64,000 bases of DNA from an uncultured Ferruginibacter sp. (GTDB lineage: Bacteria; Bacteroidota; Bacteroidia; Chitinophagales; Chitinophagaceae): the NCBI GenBank assembly GCA_964404845.1, contig CAYOLS010000001.1, positions 2,067 through 66,066 on the forward strand, read 5' to 3'. Positions 8,389 through 18,504 of the stretch are shown here, in pieces. The position numbers and the translations under genes are program-made. The notes beneath the pieces were generated by a model. The model was not told the DNA's origin, did not search any database, and saw only the letters and a list, made by a program, of their open reading frames with translations. Each line of letters starts with the position of its first letter. Position 1 is the stretch's first letter.

Positions 8389-10773
8389 CTAATTATTACC
8401 TCCTTCCGTCGGTGCTCCAAAAGTTTCGTTTTTGTCTTCTTTTGGTTTTATACCAAAATTGTATCGTACCGTTAAGCCTACTCTTCTTGTATCATTGAAT
8501 CGCTGTCCATTAGCGCTGATGGTAGGCTGATCAATTTTGAATGTGTACTTGTTGGTATAGAACATATCATTAAAAGAAAGTACAATGTTCATTTTCCTGT
8601 TGAGCAATGCACGGTTCACAGAAAGATTCAACTGGCCGACAGGATCTATTTCGTAAAAATTCTGCAATCCTTTCAGGCGCATAAAACCATTGAGCGTAAA
8701 GGCCCAGAACTTGTTCGGCTTAAAATTGTGGTAGGTAAAGAATGTCCAGGTGCCTCTTTTGTAAGCCAGTGGTCTTCCTGCATACAAACCTTCATAGTTA
8801 CTATGGTTGTATTGTGCCCCAGCATAAAAAATGTATTTGCCGCCGGGAGGAATACCGCCGGTCAATCTTACATAAGTTTCTTTATTGCGGCCAAGATTAT
8901 CAAATGTGCGGTATACAATCGAATCCCGTTGGTAAGTAACATTGGTAAAAATGTCTTTCATATCATTTATTCCTATCGACACTACAGGAAAATCATCTGC
9001 CTGTATATTAAACTCGTAGGTGGTGGTGAATTGTGGTTTCAGGTTGGGGTTGCCGATCTCGAAAAGATACTGGTCCACAAATTTCGGGTAAGGATTCAGC
9101 GCCTCATAATAAGGCCTGCTGATGCTTTTGCGATATACTAAATTACCGGTGAGCATAAAGTTCATCATCTTAAACAGGTTCCGTCTCAAATAAATGTACG
9201 GGAAGAAATCTGTGCGCTTAATGGCAAGCGAAGTATCAAACGGGAATAACTGTGTGCCGGAAATATTGGTGTATTCCATTCTCAGGCCCGGCTTAACGGT
9301 AAAGCCTGCAAAAGTTTTGGAAGCCTGCAGGTACAGTGAACCAATTTGTTCCCTATAGCGGAACCGGTTGCTCTGGAAGCTGTCCAGCTTACTGCCACTT
9401 CCATTGTCAGCATAATAAAAAGAACTGTTGCGGCTATTGCTGCTGTTGAATTTACCGCCAGTTTCAATGGTATATTTTTTAGGCAGTTTCCACACAAGAT
9501 CCGATTCTACAGTAATGATATTTTTCCTACTATCGATATCACCGTTACCACTCAGGGATGCGGCAGAAGGTAATAGGTATTGATTCAGGTAAGATTGGTC
9601 ATTTTTATTCCTGAAAAAATCAAAGCTCACTTCGGTTTCCCAATTGCTGCCCAAGCTATCCAGTTTCCATTTGGCATAAATATCATTGCTGATGTAATTA
9701 GACCTTCCCCTGTTTTTAATGAGAGATTCATTTTTCCTGATGGTGGAATTGGAGACCATATCAATAATATCTACATCATTGTCGGCATTGCTCCTGTTGT
9801 GGTTGTTGGAAAAACGCATGTCGTAGCCAATCGTGAGTTTTTCATTCAGTTCCGCATCCACACCAAAATTTATAAAATGATTAGCGCCCGGGTAGCGGGT
9901 ATAGGCTTTCTGCACAAACAGCGTATCCACATTGGATATTCTATTACTGCTCAATTCTTCAAAATTGTTACGGTTGGTATAGTTGTAAGAAAGCGAAGTG
10001 TTGATCTTGTTTACGCTCCTGTTCAAATTAAAGCCGCCGAATTTTGTATTAAGCTTGCCCTGGAAATAACCTGCATTCACGCTTCCGCTGGTGCCGAGCT
10101 TTACACCTTTCTTTAAAACAATGTTGATGATACCGCCGCTGCTGGCCGCATCTTCTTTTGCAGAAGGCGTTCTGAGTATTTCAATTTTTACAATACTGCT
10201 GGCTGGCAGGCTTTTTAATAAACTGGCGAGGTCGGCAGCACTCAGCTTTACTTCCCTGCCGTTGATCTGGATAACAGCAGGTGTGGTACTGTTGAGGTAT
10301 GCATTCCCATCCTGGTCCACAATTGCACCCGGTGTTTTTTCAAGCACTTCATATGCATTGCTGCTGCTGTTGGCCAAAGGCTCTGCATCTATAATGGTCT
10401 TATCATCTTCCTGCTTTATCATTTGCTTGCGGGAAACAATGGTCACAGCGCCGAGGTCTGTGGTTTTGGTGCGCCATGTCAACGTAAAGTTGCGGCTGCT
10501 GTCCTTAACGTTGATTTCCTGCCATATTTCCTGCGTACCTGTAGCAGTGATCTTCAATAAATAATCCTTATTGGCATTTATGGCAAAGCTTTGCTGATCG
10601 CTTATATTTTTTGTAATAATAACGGTGCTGTCAGGCAGGCTGTACAATACGGCGGTTCCCAAAAGTGTTTTGCTTTTGGTCTCATTTTTCATAGAGATGT
10701 TCAGCTGAAGCTGCTGGGCCATGGCGCTATTGCAAAGCAATACTATTACAGCCAGTAATAAAGGTCGTTTCAT
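8389..10773 (-). CDS. Outer-membrane beta-barrel protein (TonB-dependent-receptor-like: N-terminal carboxypeptidase-regulatory-like domain, plug, barrel)
   Basis: 794 aa. Signal peptide AMA|QQ; plug motifs VLEKTPG, KIEILRTPSAK, GGIINIVLKK; GNPNLKPQF; terminal VRYNFG. Confidence 0.85.
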   Translation of the reverse strand: MKRPLLLAVIVLLCNSAMAQQLQLNISMKNETKSKTLLGTAVLYSLPDSTVIITKNISDQQSFAINANKDYLLKITATGTQEIWQEINVKDSSRNFTLTWRTKTTDLGAVTIVSRKQMIKQEDDKTIIDAEPLANSSSNAYEVLEKTPGAIVDQDGNAYLNSTTPAVIQINGREVKLSAADLASLLKSLPASSIVKIEILRTPSAKEDAASSGGIINIVLKKGVKLGTSGSVNAGYFQGKLNTKFGGFNLNRSVNKINTSLSYNYTNRNNFEELSSNRISNVDTLFVQKAYTRYPGANHFINFGVDAELNEKLTIGYDMRFSNNHNRSNADNDVDIIDMVSNSTIRKNESLIKNRGRSNYISNDIYAKWKLDSLGSNWETEVSFDFFRNKNDQSYLNQYLLPSAASLSGNGDIDSRKNIITVESDLVWKLPKKYTIETGGKFNSSNSRNSSFYYADNGSGSKLDSFQSNRFRYREQIGSLYLQASKTFAGFTVKPGLRMEYTNISGTQLFPFDTSLAIKRTDFFPYIYLRRNLFKMMNFMLTGNLVYRKSISRPYYEALNPYPKFVDQYLFEIGNPNLKPQFTTTYEFNIQADDFPVVSIGINDMKDIFTNVTYQRDSIVYRTFDNLGRNKETYVRLTGGIPPGGKYIFYAGAQYNHSNYEGLYAGRPLAYKRGTWTFFTYHNFKPNKFWAFTLNGFMRLKGLQNFYEIDPVGQLNLSVNRALLNRKMNIVLSFNDMFYTNKYTFKIDQPTISANGQRFNDTRRVGLTVRYNFGIKPKEDKNETFGAPTEGGNN

Positions 10774-10780
10774 TAGTGAG

Positions 10781-10809
10781 TTTTAAAAAAGCACCACGAA
10801 GGTGCTTTT
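10781..10809 (-). terminator. Stem-loop resembling an intrinsic terminator between the HlyD gene and the beta-barrel gene
   Basis: Minus strand AAAAGCACC-TTCGT-GGTGCTTTTTT. Confidence 0.6.
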
Positions 10810-10848
10810 AAAATTTTGATACCAGGAAAAATAATATGTAAATGGTTG

Positions 10849-12216
10849 TTATTTTTGGTTAAAGAGGTCTTTTTTATCTACGACTTTTACCTTGGTGCCT
10901 TTTTTGAGTGTTTTGCTTACTGCATCGTAAGGGCCTGATATTACCATCATGCCGGGCTTAAGGCCACTGGTTATTTCTATATAATTAATATCCTGTATAC
11001 CTGTTGTTACTTTTATTTTCTCCACTTTGTCTGCCGAATCTTTTACAAACACCACTACTTCCAGGTCGTCCATATCGCTGGTAGAAGATTCGTTTGCCTT
11101 TATCTCTGCATCATCTTTTTTCTTGCCTGCGACAGGAGCAGCGCTGCTGTCACCCTTTTCTCTTGTTGTAACAGCATTGATCGGTACGCTCAGTACATTT
11201 ACCTGCCTGCGTGTTTGTATATCAGCATTGGCGCTCATACCCGGGCGGAAAGGGAAGCTGCCCTTGCCTAGCAGGTCCATATAACTTTGTTTCAATATCC
11301 TGATGTACACTTTGTATTGTGTTACATCGTTGGTAGCGCTTGCCAGAGCGCTGGAAGTAGCTGCACCATTGTTGCTGCTGGCGATCTGTGTAACGATTCC
11401 TTTGAATTTCCTGTCGTTATAAGCATCAACAGTTACCAAGGCACTGTCACCCAACTTTACTTTCGGAATATCATTCTCTCCTACATCTACCCTTATCTCG
11501 ATCTTATCCATATCTGCAATGCGCAGAATTTCTGTACCAACGTTAAAACTGTTACCTGCCACGCTCTCGCCTTTCTTTACATTGAGTAAGCTCACCACGC
11601 CATCCATGGGGGCAACAATAGCAGTACGGCTGAGATCTTTATTGGCTTTTTCGAGGTTGGCTACCGCAGATTGTACACCCGCCTGGCCGCCCCTGATGCC
11701 CTGCACGGCTGCATTGTAATTGGCCTGCGCAGCTTTGTAATTGGCATCGGCAATATTGAATTCACTTTGGCTGATCACTTTGCTATCGAACAGCTTTTTC
11801 TGCATATCGTATGTTTTCTTCGCCTGCTCTTCCTGTGCTTTCAGAGCTGCGAGTGCTGCCTGCGAATTAGATACCTGTGCCTGGCTTTGCGCTACGCCGC
11901 TTGCCGCCTGGTTACGCTGGATATTATATATATCTGCATAAATACGTGCAAGCAACTGGCCTTTCTTTACGGTATCGCCTTCGGCTACTGTGAGTTCTGT
12001 GATCTCACCGCTGATATCGGGACTTACTTTTACTTCCACTTCAGGATATACTTTACCGCTGGCGTTTACCAATTCAATAATGGTGCGGTTCTCCGCTTTT
12101 TCGGCAGTTACTTTAAGGCCTTCTGCTTTACCGAATGCGCCCATTTTTGCCATCACTACTACCAATAGCAGTAGTACTGCGAGACCGATCAGCAACCATT
12201 TAGTTTTTTTATTCAT
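10849..12216 (-). CDS. Efflux periplasmic adaptor subunit (HlyD/MacA family)
   Basis: N-terminal TM, SPDISGEI...EGDTVKKGQLL, coiled coil, APMDGVV, FRPGMSA, VPINAV. Confidence 0.92.
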   Translation of the reverse strand: MNKKTKWLLIGLAVLLLLVVVMAKMGAFGKAEGLKVTAEKAENRTIIELVNASGKVYPEVEVKVSPDISGEITELTVAEGDTVKKGQLLARIYADIYNIQRNQAASGVAQSQAQVSNSQAALAALKAQEEQAKKTYDMQKKLFDSKVISQSEFNIADANYKAAQANYNAAVQGIRGGQAGVQSAVANLEKANKDLSRTAIVAPMDGVVSLLNVKKGESVAGNSFNVGTEILRIADMDKIEIRVDVGENDIPKVKLGDSALVTVDAYNDRKFKGIVTQIASSNNGAATSSALASATNDVTQYKVYIRILKQSYMDLLGKGSFPFRPGMSANADIQTRRQVNVLSVPINAVTTREKGDSSAAPVAGKKKDDAEIKANESSTSDMDDLEVVVFVKDSADKVEKIKVTTGIQDINYIEITSGLKPGMMVISGPYDAVSKTLKKGTKVKVVDKKDLFNQK

Positions 12217-12248
12217 GTTGTTCTTTATTCGGGTAATTATTGAATCAA

Positions 12249-13688
12249 TTATAATTTGAGGCCAAGCCCTTTGTAAAATTCCAGCACTTTCATTTTAAAC
12301 ACATAGTCAAACTGGTTAATGGTATAGTCCAGTTTTGCCTTCAGCAAATTATTTTGCGTGGTGATGAGGTCAAAGGTATTGAGCATGCCCACTTCAAAAC
12401 GTTTGTTGGCGTAGTCATAGGTTTGCTGCGAAGAGCTCACTGCTTTTTTGGAAGCGTTGAATTTTTCCATGGCAACCATGGCTGCGTTGTATGCGGAATA
12501 GATATCCTGTTTTAATTTGAGGTTATCAGATTCTTTCTGCAATTGCAGCGTGGCAATATTCAGTTTGCTTTTTTCATAATTGGTGCGAAGCGAGCCGCCA
12601 TTGAAGATAGGAACGCTTAAGCTTAACCCGATTGTCTGCCCGAAGTTGTCTGATATCTGGCTGAACACCGGACCCGATTTTGTATAACCATCTCTTACTG
12701 CTGATATTTCGGGCACCTGCACAAAGTATTGAGAAGTACCGATGGTTACGAAAGAAGGTGTTGTTTGCGGAGCACCGACTACCTGTTTGTAACGGGGAAA
12801 TTTGGTCACCAGGAAACTACTTCCCAAACCACCGAACAACGATATGGTAGGATACATGAACCCTTTTGCAGCAGCTGTACTTTTTTCGGCAGCTTTCAGG
12901 CGATACTCGTTAACTAATTGTTGTGGCTGGTTGGTCACTGCCTGATTAAATACATAATCTGGTTGAAGGTCAGAGATAGGCTCCAGCGGAATAGTCTCAA
13001 CAGGCGGAACATCTACTTCAAATGGTGCTGCAGCATCAATGCTCATAAAACTTTTCAGGTTGAGGATGTTTTGAACCACTCCACCTTTTGCATTGATATA
13101 ATTAACGCTGTCCATTGCCAGTTGAGCTTCAAGCTGAACGAGGTTCAGTTCCGGCAGTGTTCCTGCCTCTACCTGCTTTTTAGTGTTATTCAATTGTGCC
13201 GTGGTTTGAGCTACCTGCACCTTAGTGATCTTTTCCTGCTCCAGTGCCAGCAACACCTGCAGGTAGGCATTGGCTGCGCTAAGTGCTATATCATTCTGCA
13301 ACTTTCCAACATTGGCTATGGCCGCTTTCAGTTCCCACTCGTTGGCCGCAATGGTATTTCGTTTACTGTAAAAATTAAAGATATCTGCGCTGCTTTGTAA
13401 ATTAAAAGTACTGTTCAAGGACCTTTGGTTGATACGACTAAAGCTTACAGGATCCTGACTACTACCAAAATTGAGCCCGGCACTTCCGCTGAAACTGGCA
13501 GAAGGATACTGGCTTAACTGGCTTTGCTTTAAAGTAAGCGCAGCAATTTTTGCCTGTACTTCGTTTTGTTTAACACCAATGTTATTTTTCATGGCGTACT
13601 CAACGATCGTTTTCAGGTTCCACTTTTCCTGTGCGGTGGCTGCAAGGGTTGATATGCTAAAAAAGGCTGATAAGATAAAAATGCGCAT
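12249..13688 (-). CDS. tolC: TolC family outer-membrane efflux channel
   Basis: Signal peptide from MRIF (13688); two OEP repeats (QYPSASF, MYPTISL, LSVPIFNG, RFEVG). Confidence 0.9.
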   Translation of the reverse strand: MRIFILSAFFSISTLAATAQEKWNLKTIVEYAMKNNIGVKQNEVQAKIAALTLKQSQLSQYPSASFSGSAGLNFGSSQDPVSFSRINQRSLNSTFNLQSSADIFNFYSKRNTIAANEWELKAAIANVGKLQNDIALSAANAYLQVLLALEQEKITKVQVAQTTAQLNNTKKQVEAGTLPELNLVQLEAQLAMDSVNYINAKGGVVQNILNLKSFMSIDAAAPFEVDVPPVETIPLEPISDLQPDYVFNQAVTNQPQQLVNEYRLKAAEKSTAAAKGFMYPTISLFGGLGSSFLVTKFPRYKQVVGAPQTTPSFVTIGTSQYFVQVPEISAVRDGYTKSGPVFSQISDNFGQTIGLSLSVPIFNGGSLRTNYEKSKLNIATLQLQKESDNLKLKQDIYSAYNAAMVAMEKFNASKKAVSSSQQTYDYANKRFEVGMLNTFDLITTQNNLLKAKLDYTINQFDYVFKMKVLEFYKGLGLKL

Positions 13689-13764
13689 GCATAAAAGTAT
13701 TATATGTAAAGTTAGCACAGCAAGCTAATATTATAAGCGGTGGAAAGCAAAGATTTTAGGGCAC

Positions 13765-14451
13765 TTACCTGCTCCTCCGAAGGGTTTCATAGATGATAAT
13801 GTCCAGGAAAATCAGGAGCATACCATAAAAAACATCTTCCAGGGGAATGGTATGGATGCGGATTCCAAGATTTTCGGCATCATTATACAGCACCACGGGA
13901 ATGGCAGTGAGAAAGCCATTCACAATTAAAAATGGTACAAGTATAACCGCATAAGCCACCAGGAAAACAGCTGTATTGAACTGCGGAAAGTATTTCCTGA
14001 ACAAAAAGAAAAACAGGAGACAGACGGATAATAATATAAATGTGTAGGAGGTATAGCTTCGCTGGTAAAAAATAATTCCCGTTACAAGCAGTACAACGAA
14101 TAAAACCGCCAGGAAGCCAAGCGACCATTTTTCATTGCGGATGCGGGGGAAATAGCAACGGATACATTCATAAATAAATACGCAGCAATAAGGCACTACA
14201 AAAAAGAAAAGTATCTCTTCAACAGGAAGGCCCCAGTATTTGATACCGGTAATATGATCCGGGCTAAAAGACCATATCCCCCATTCTGTGAAATAACTGT
14301 CCCAGATGATATAGAAGACCGCAGGCAATAACATGGCGGGAAACAGGTATTTCCATTTGGCATAAAAAGCTACTTTTTTGTCGAAGCTCAATGCCAATGG
14401 CCCTGCAAGAGAAGCCGCCAGTATAATGCAATATGTATAATGTACGTTCAA
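13765..14451 (-). CDS. crtY: Membrane lycopene cyclase (fused CrtYc/d type)
   Basis: Hydrophobic 228 aa with duplicated motifs LPVEEILFF and IPLEDVFYG; last gene of the crt operon; TTG start overlaps the crtZ stop. Confidence 0.85.
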   Translation of the reverse strand: MNVHYTYCIILAASLAGPLALSFDKKVAFYAKWKYLFPAMLLPAVFYIIWDSYFTEWGIWSFSPDHITGIKYWGLPVEEILFFFVVPYCCVFIYECIRCYFPRIRNEKWSLGFLAVLFVVLLVTGIIFYQRSYTSYTFILLSVCLLFFFLFRKYFPQFNTAVFLVAYAVILVPFLIVNGFLTAIPVVLYNDAENLGIRIHTIPLEDVFYGMLLIFLDIIIYETLRRSR

Positions 14452-14939
14452 GCTGATGGTACTTGTTTTTCCTGTAGTTTTTTATCAGCCTTCACTTTAT
14501 CCCAGTATTTTTTTGCGACCCATAACATGCCGAAACTTTCTCCATGTTCTTTGCCTAAATGTTTGTGGTGCATTTTATGCGCCCAGCGGATCGTTTTTAC
14601 ATAAGTATTATTGCTGCGGGTGAACCATTTGAAACGCTGGTGAATGATCACTTCGTGCACAATAAAATAAGCGAGGCCATACAGCGCAATACCAAAGCCG
14701 ATGGCAGCTGCCCAATAGGTTTTGCTTTGCAGACCGAGCATAATGCAGAGCCAGCTGGGTATGGCGAATATCAGGAAAAATGCGTCGTTCTTTTCGAAGA
14801 AGCCGGGCGCAGGCTGGTGATGATCTTTGTGCAGGTACCATAAAAAGCCGTGCATTACATAGCGGTGCGTAAGCCAGGTAATACCTTCCATTAAAAAGAA
14901 AGTGCCTAAAACGATGAGCAAAAAAAAGATCCAGTTCAT
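14448..14939 (-). CDS. crtZ: Beta-carotene 3-hydroxylase
   Basis: His boxes HRYVMHG, HKDHH, HEVIIHQR, HKMHH plus FEKND and SFG; start MNWIFF at 14939 overlaps the cruF stop (ATGA). Confidence 0.92.
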   Translation of the reverse strand: MNWIFFLLIVLGTFFLMEGITWLTHRYVMHGFLWYLHKDHHQPAPGFFEKNDAFFLIFAIPSWLCIMLGLQSKTYWAAAIGFGIALYGLAYFIVHEVIIHQRFKWFTRSNNTYVKTIRWAHKMHHKHLGKEHGESFGMLWVAKKYWDKVKADKKLQEKQVPSA

Positions 14940-15622
14940 AAAAAAGTTCTGAGCAATAAAAAAAACATGGCTTGTATCAATAACAAATTTATGGCGAATT
15001 TGTTTTGCTTTTGAATGGGAAGCAGGTGAAAGACGAGTAATAGCAGCATGCTTATCACAAACCAGGAGATATAATTGAATAATGGTATTTGCCCATTGCC
15101 CAGCCAGGTCCAATAATTGAGCTTTATGGCCACAGGCTCTATTAACCAATCAAATACAACAGCGAGCGTAGCCCCGTCGATTATAATGCTTAAGGCCTTT
15201 ATTTGTTTTACCGGCCGCTCCATTTTTTCGCTTAGCCTATCGGAAAGCCTGTTTAGTAAAGTATGTACGGCTACCCCGCAGCAATAAATGATAATGAACC
15301 AGTTGATACCGATGATATAGGGGACATTTTTAATGCCGGGGCCAAGCACCGTTCCATACCGGTACTCACCAAAAAGATAACCGGTAGATGTGCCGATGAT
15401 CTCTACAACAATGCCGGTAACAACACATACAAGAAAAAACAATACTGTATAAAAATTGAACGGCCGCTGCGTATACAACAGCAATGCTGCCATGAGCAAT
15501 AAATGAATGGGCGTTGTTTTTACAAAATCACTGCCGGGAAAAAACAGCATACCGGTCAATCCCACTGCGTGAAAAAGGATTGCGATGCCGGTTGCTACCT
15601 CGTATCTGGACAGTTGTTTCAA
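14936..15622 (-). CDS. cruF: Carotenoid 1',2'-hydratase (CruF/DUF422 family)
   Basis: Multi-TM; EIIGTSTGYLFGEYRYG-LG, VP, FDWLIEPVA, IPLFNY; sits beside crtD. Confidence 0.82.
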   Translation of the reverse strand: MKQLSRYEVATGIAILFHAVGLTGMLFFPGSDFVKTTPIHLLLMAALLLYTQRPFNFYTVLFFLVCVVTGIVVEIIGTSTGYLFGEYRYGTVLGPGIKNVPYIIGINWFIIIYCCGVAVHTLLNRLSDRLSEKMERPVKQIKALSIIIDGATLAVVFDWLIEPVAIKLNYWTWLGNGQIPLFNYISWFVISMLLLLVFHLLPIQKQNKFAINLLLIQAMFFLLLRTFL

Positions 15623-17121
15623 TGCAGATGCCTTGATTTTTTGGAAAGGTCCTTCTTAATAAGATCGGCTGTGATAGCGGCACTCTTTAAACAAAGAGGA
15701 ATACCACCACCGGGATGAACAGTACCGCCACAGCAATACAGGTTCTTAATGCCGGGGGCAAAATTGGGCGGGCGTTTAAAAGCAGCCATCCTTGTATTCG
15801 AACTGCTGCCATACAGCGAACCCATATAACTACCGGTTTGCGCTTCAATGGCAACCGGGTCGGTAATGGTTTCTGATTCTATGAATGATTCTATATCTGT
15901 TCCCAATAAACGATTAAGCTTTTCTATGATGAATTTCCTTGCCTGCTGCTTTAACTGGTCCCAGTTTTGCCCGTTATTGGCCGGAACATTGATCATAACA
16001 AACCAGTTCTCTTTGCCGGCAGGCGCATGTGAGGCTTCTTCCTTGGAAGTAATATTGATGTACACCGTAGGATCGGGGTATACTTGCTTCCTGTTGAAAA
16101 TAGTATGAAACTCCGCAGGATAATTTTTACTGAAGAAAATATTGTGTAGTTCCAATTCGCTGAATTGTTTGCCCATGCCCCAGTAAAATATAAGGGCGCT
16201 GCTGCTGCGTTCCTGGCGCAACATTTTAGCCGCTTTGTCAACCCGGTTGATGAGCTGCTTCCAGGTGAAATACATATCAGCATTGCTTACCACTACATCT
16301 GCATAGATATTTTCATTGTTCACTACTATTCCTTTAGCAATACCTTCGGTATGAATGATGCGCTCTGCGGGTGTATTAAAATAAAACTGCACTCCCTTTT
16401 TTAATGCCAGCTGGTAAAGCGCATTGCTGATGCTGATCATACCGCCACGGGAATAATAGACACCACGGTTCAGCTCCAGGTGTGGGATCAAACTCAGCAT
16501 GGCAGGCGCTTTATAAGGATTGCTTCCGTTATAAGTAGCAAAGCGGTTGAATATCTGCCTTGCTTCTGCTGTTTTAAAACGACTGCTATTGTATTTGTCC
16601 AGGCTGTTGAACAGGTAAGGAAGCCTTACAGCACCGAGTGCTTTGAATATCCTTTTATGAAACCATGTAGAACGCTTGTGCAAAGAATGATCCAGGAAAA
16701 CACTGCCTACATTGTCATATAGTTTTTGCGAGGCTGATAAGTATTGACGCAGGTTGCCGGCTGGTTCACTTGCTTTTTCCTGCAGCTCTTCTTCAAACAG
16801 TTTGTTATCGGTGAAGGCATTGATGCTTTTACCATTCTCGAAAAAATATTTACAGGCAATGTCTACGGGATCATATTGCAGGTACTCTTCAATGGGCTCT
16901 CCTGCATCAGCAAATAATTCTTCTATATGAGCGGGTTGCGTAAATAAAGAAGGGCCTGCATCAAAACGGAAACCATCTTTTTCAAACATGGATAGTTTAC
17001 CACCAGGGCCGGCATTGCGTTCGTACACCTGTACATCCAACCCTTGTATTGCGAGCCTTATAGCTACTGCCATACCGGCCACACCGCTGCCGATAATAAT
17101 AGCTGATCGTTTATTGGTCAT
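15619..17121 (-). CDS. crtD: 1-hydroxycarotenoid 3,4-desaturase
   Basis: FAD motif IIGSGVAG, FDAGPSLFTQP, RFATYNGSNPY, GGTVHPGGGIP; second CrtI-family gene, paired with cruF. Confidence 0.88.
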   Translation of the reverse strand: MTNKRSAIIIGSGVAGMAVAIRLAIQGLDVQVYERNAGPGGKLSMFEKDGFRFDAGPSLFTQPAHIEELFADAGEPIEEYLQYDPVDIACKYFFENGKSINAFTDNKLFEEELQEKASEPAGNLRQYLSASQKLYDNVGSVFLDHSLHKRSTWFHKRIFKALGAVRLPYLFNSLDKYNSSRFKTAEARQIFNRFATYNGSNPYKAPAMLSLIPHLELNRGVYYSRGGMISISNALYQLALKKGVQFYFNTPAERIIHTEGIAKGIVVNNENIYADVVVSNADMYFTWKQLINRVDKAAKMLRQERSSSALIFYWGMGKQFSELELHNIFFSKNYPAEFHTIFNRKQVYPDPTVYINITSKEEASHAPAGKENWFVMINVPANNGQNWDQLKQQARKFIIEKLNRLLGTDIESFIESETITDPVAIEAQTGSYMGSLYGSSSNTRMAAFKRPPNFAPGIKNLYCCGGTVHPGGGIPLCLKSAAITADLIKKDLSKKSRHLH

Positions 17122-17123
17122 AA

Positions 17124-17645
17124 TTAAACTCCTGTTGCTGCAAGATAGGTTTCCAGCGCTGGAAAAGCAATTTTAAACCATGATGTGTATAAATGTGGTT
17201 CTTTGTCTAAAGAGTGGCGTATGGCATCCATGGGGTAATAAGCGTAATTGCTTACCTCTTCGGGATTGGGTTGTATGTTTCCTTCGTAAATGCCGGTGAA
17301 CACATGATCTACCTCATGCTCGGTAAGGCCATTGTCGAAAGCTGTTTTATAAGTAAAGCTGAATGCTTTTTGAAGATTGGTATCAAAGCCCATTTCTTCC
17401 TGCAACCTGCGCAATGCAGCATTGGCAGTGTCTTCGCCGGGCAATGGATGACTGCAGCAGGCATTGGTCCACAAACCGCCGCTATGGTATTTATCGTAGG
17501 CTCTTTGCTGGAGCAGCATTTCGCCCTTGCTGTTAAAAATAAAAATGCTGAAAGCCCTGTGCAACAGCCCTTCTCTATGGGCCTGCATTTTATCCATAGT
17601 GCCTATGGGTTCATCGGCTTCGTTAACTAAAATTACCTGTGACAA
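17124..17645 (-). CDS. idi: Isopentenyl-diphosphate delta-isomerase, type I
   Basis: LHRAFSIF, LWTNACCSHP, RRLQEEMG, EHEVDHVF. Confidence 0.95.
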   Translation of the reverse strand: MSQVILVNEADEPIGTMDKMQAHREGLLHRAFSIFIFNSKGEMLLQQRAYDKYHSGGLWTNACCSHPLPGEDTANAALRRLQEEMGFDTNLQKAFSFTYKTAFDNGLTEHEVDHVFTGIYEGNIQPNPEEVSNYAYYPMDAIRHSLDKEPHLYTSWFKIAFPALETYLAATGV

Positions 17646-17655
17646 ATCTTCTGGT

Positions 17656-18492
17656 TTAAAAAATATTCAGCTGGCTTCTTAAACCGGCCCGCATGAATAT
17701 CAAAGCTTTTGAATAATTAGGAATGCGCACCCTGTTGTTGAGCAACAAAGCAGGTTTCGCTTTTTTTATTTTTTTGAATAGAGATAAGTAATATTTATAA
17801 GCTACGTATACCCCGAATTTTGCTTTCACCGGCAATTGCATAATGCCCTGGTGTGCTTGTGCAAAATCCCTCGCAATATCTTCCTCGATCTGCTGCTTCA
17901 TGGCAGGTGTAAAGTTTCTGAAGTCAACACCGGGAAAATAAGTGCGGTTGAGTCCTTCATAATCAGCCTTGATGTCCCTTAAAAAATTGATCTTTTGAAA
18001 AGCGGCACCCAATGCCTGTGCGGCGGGCTTCAGTTTTTCAAAATTGTCTTTATCACCTTCACAGAAAACATAGAGACACATCAGGCCCACTGTTTCTGCA
18101 CTGCCGTAAATATATTCCTGGTAGCCCTTAAGATCGTATTTGGATTTGTTGAGATCAAGCTCCATGCTGTAAAAAAATGCTTCTATCAGCTCCAGGTCTA
18201 TATTGTATTCGTTCACCGTTTTTTGAAAGCTGTTCAGGATCGGGTTGAGACTGATGCCGGCTTCAATAGCTGCGTAGGTCTGCATTTTAAAATCGTTCAG
18301 CAGGGCTTCCTTATCAAAGTCATGAAAAGTATCTACGATCTCATCGGCAAACCGCACAAAGCCATAAATATTGTAAATGGGCGCACGCAAAGATGTATGC
18401 AGCAACAATATTGCGCTGCTGAAAGAAGTGCTGTACCTCTGCGTGGTGAGCTTACTGCACTCCTGGCTTACCGTATGAAAGAGATGCATCAT
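17656..18492 (-). CDS. crtB: Phytoene synthase
   Basis: YSTSF, IYGFVRFADEIVD, YIYGSAETVGLM, FQKINFLRDI. Confidence 0.95.
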   Translation of the reverse strand: MMHLFHTVSQECSKLTTQRYSTSFSSAILLLHTSLRAPIYNIYGFVRFADEIVDTFHDFDKEALLNDFKMQTYAAIEAGISLNPILNSFQKTVNEYNIDLELIEAFFYSMELDLNKSKYDLKGYQEYIYGSAETVGLMCLYVFCEGDKDNFEKLKPAAQALGAAFQKINFLRDIKADYEGLNRTYFPGVDFRNFTPAMKQQIEEDIARDFAQAHQGIMQLPVKAKFGVYVAYKYYLSLFKKIKKAKPALLLNNRVRIPNYSKALIFMRAGLRSQLNIF

Positions 18493-18504
18493 GAATGTGC
18501 TAAA

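Noticed and set aside
10849-13764. TolC/HlyD as a dedicated carotenoid exporter co-transcribed with crt
   Set aside because: Adjacency is the only support. A -7-like TAACTTTA lies just upstream of tolC, suggesting its own promoter.
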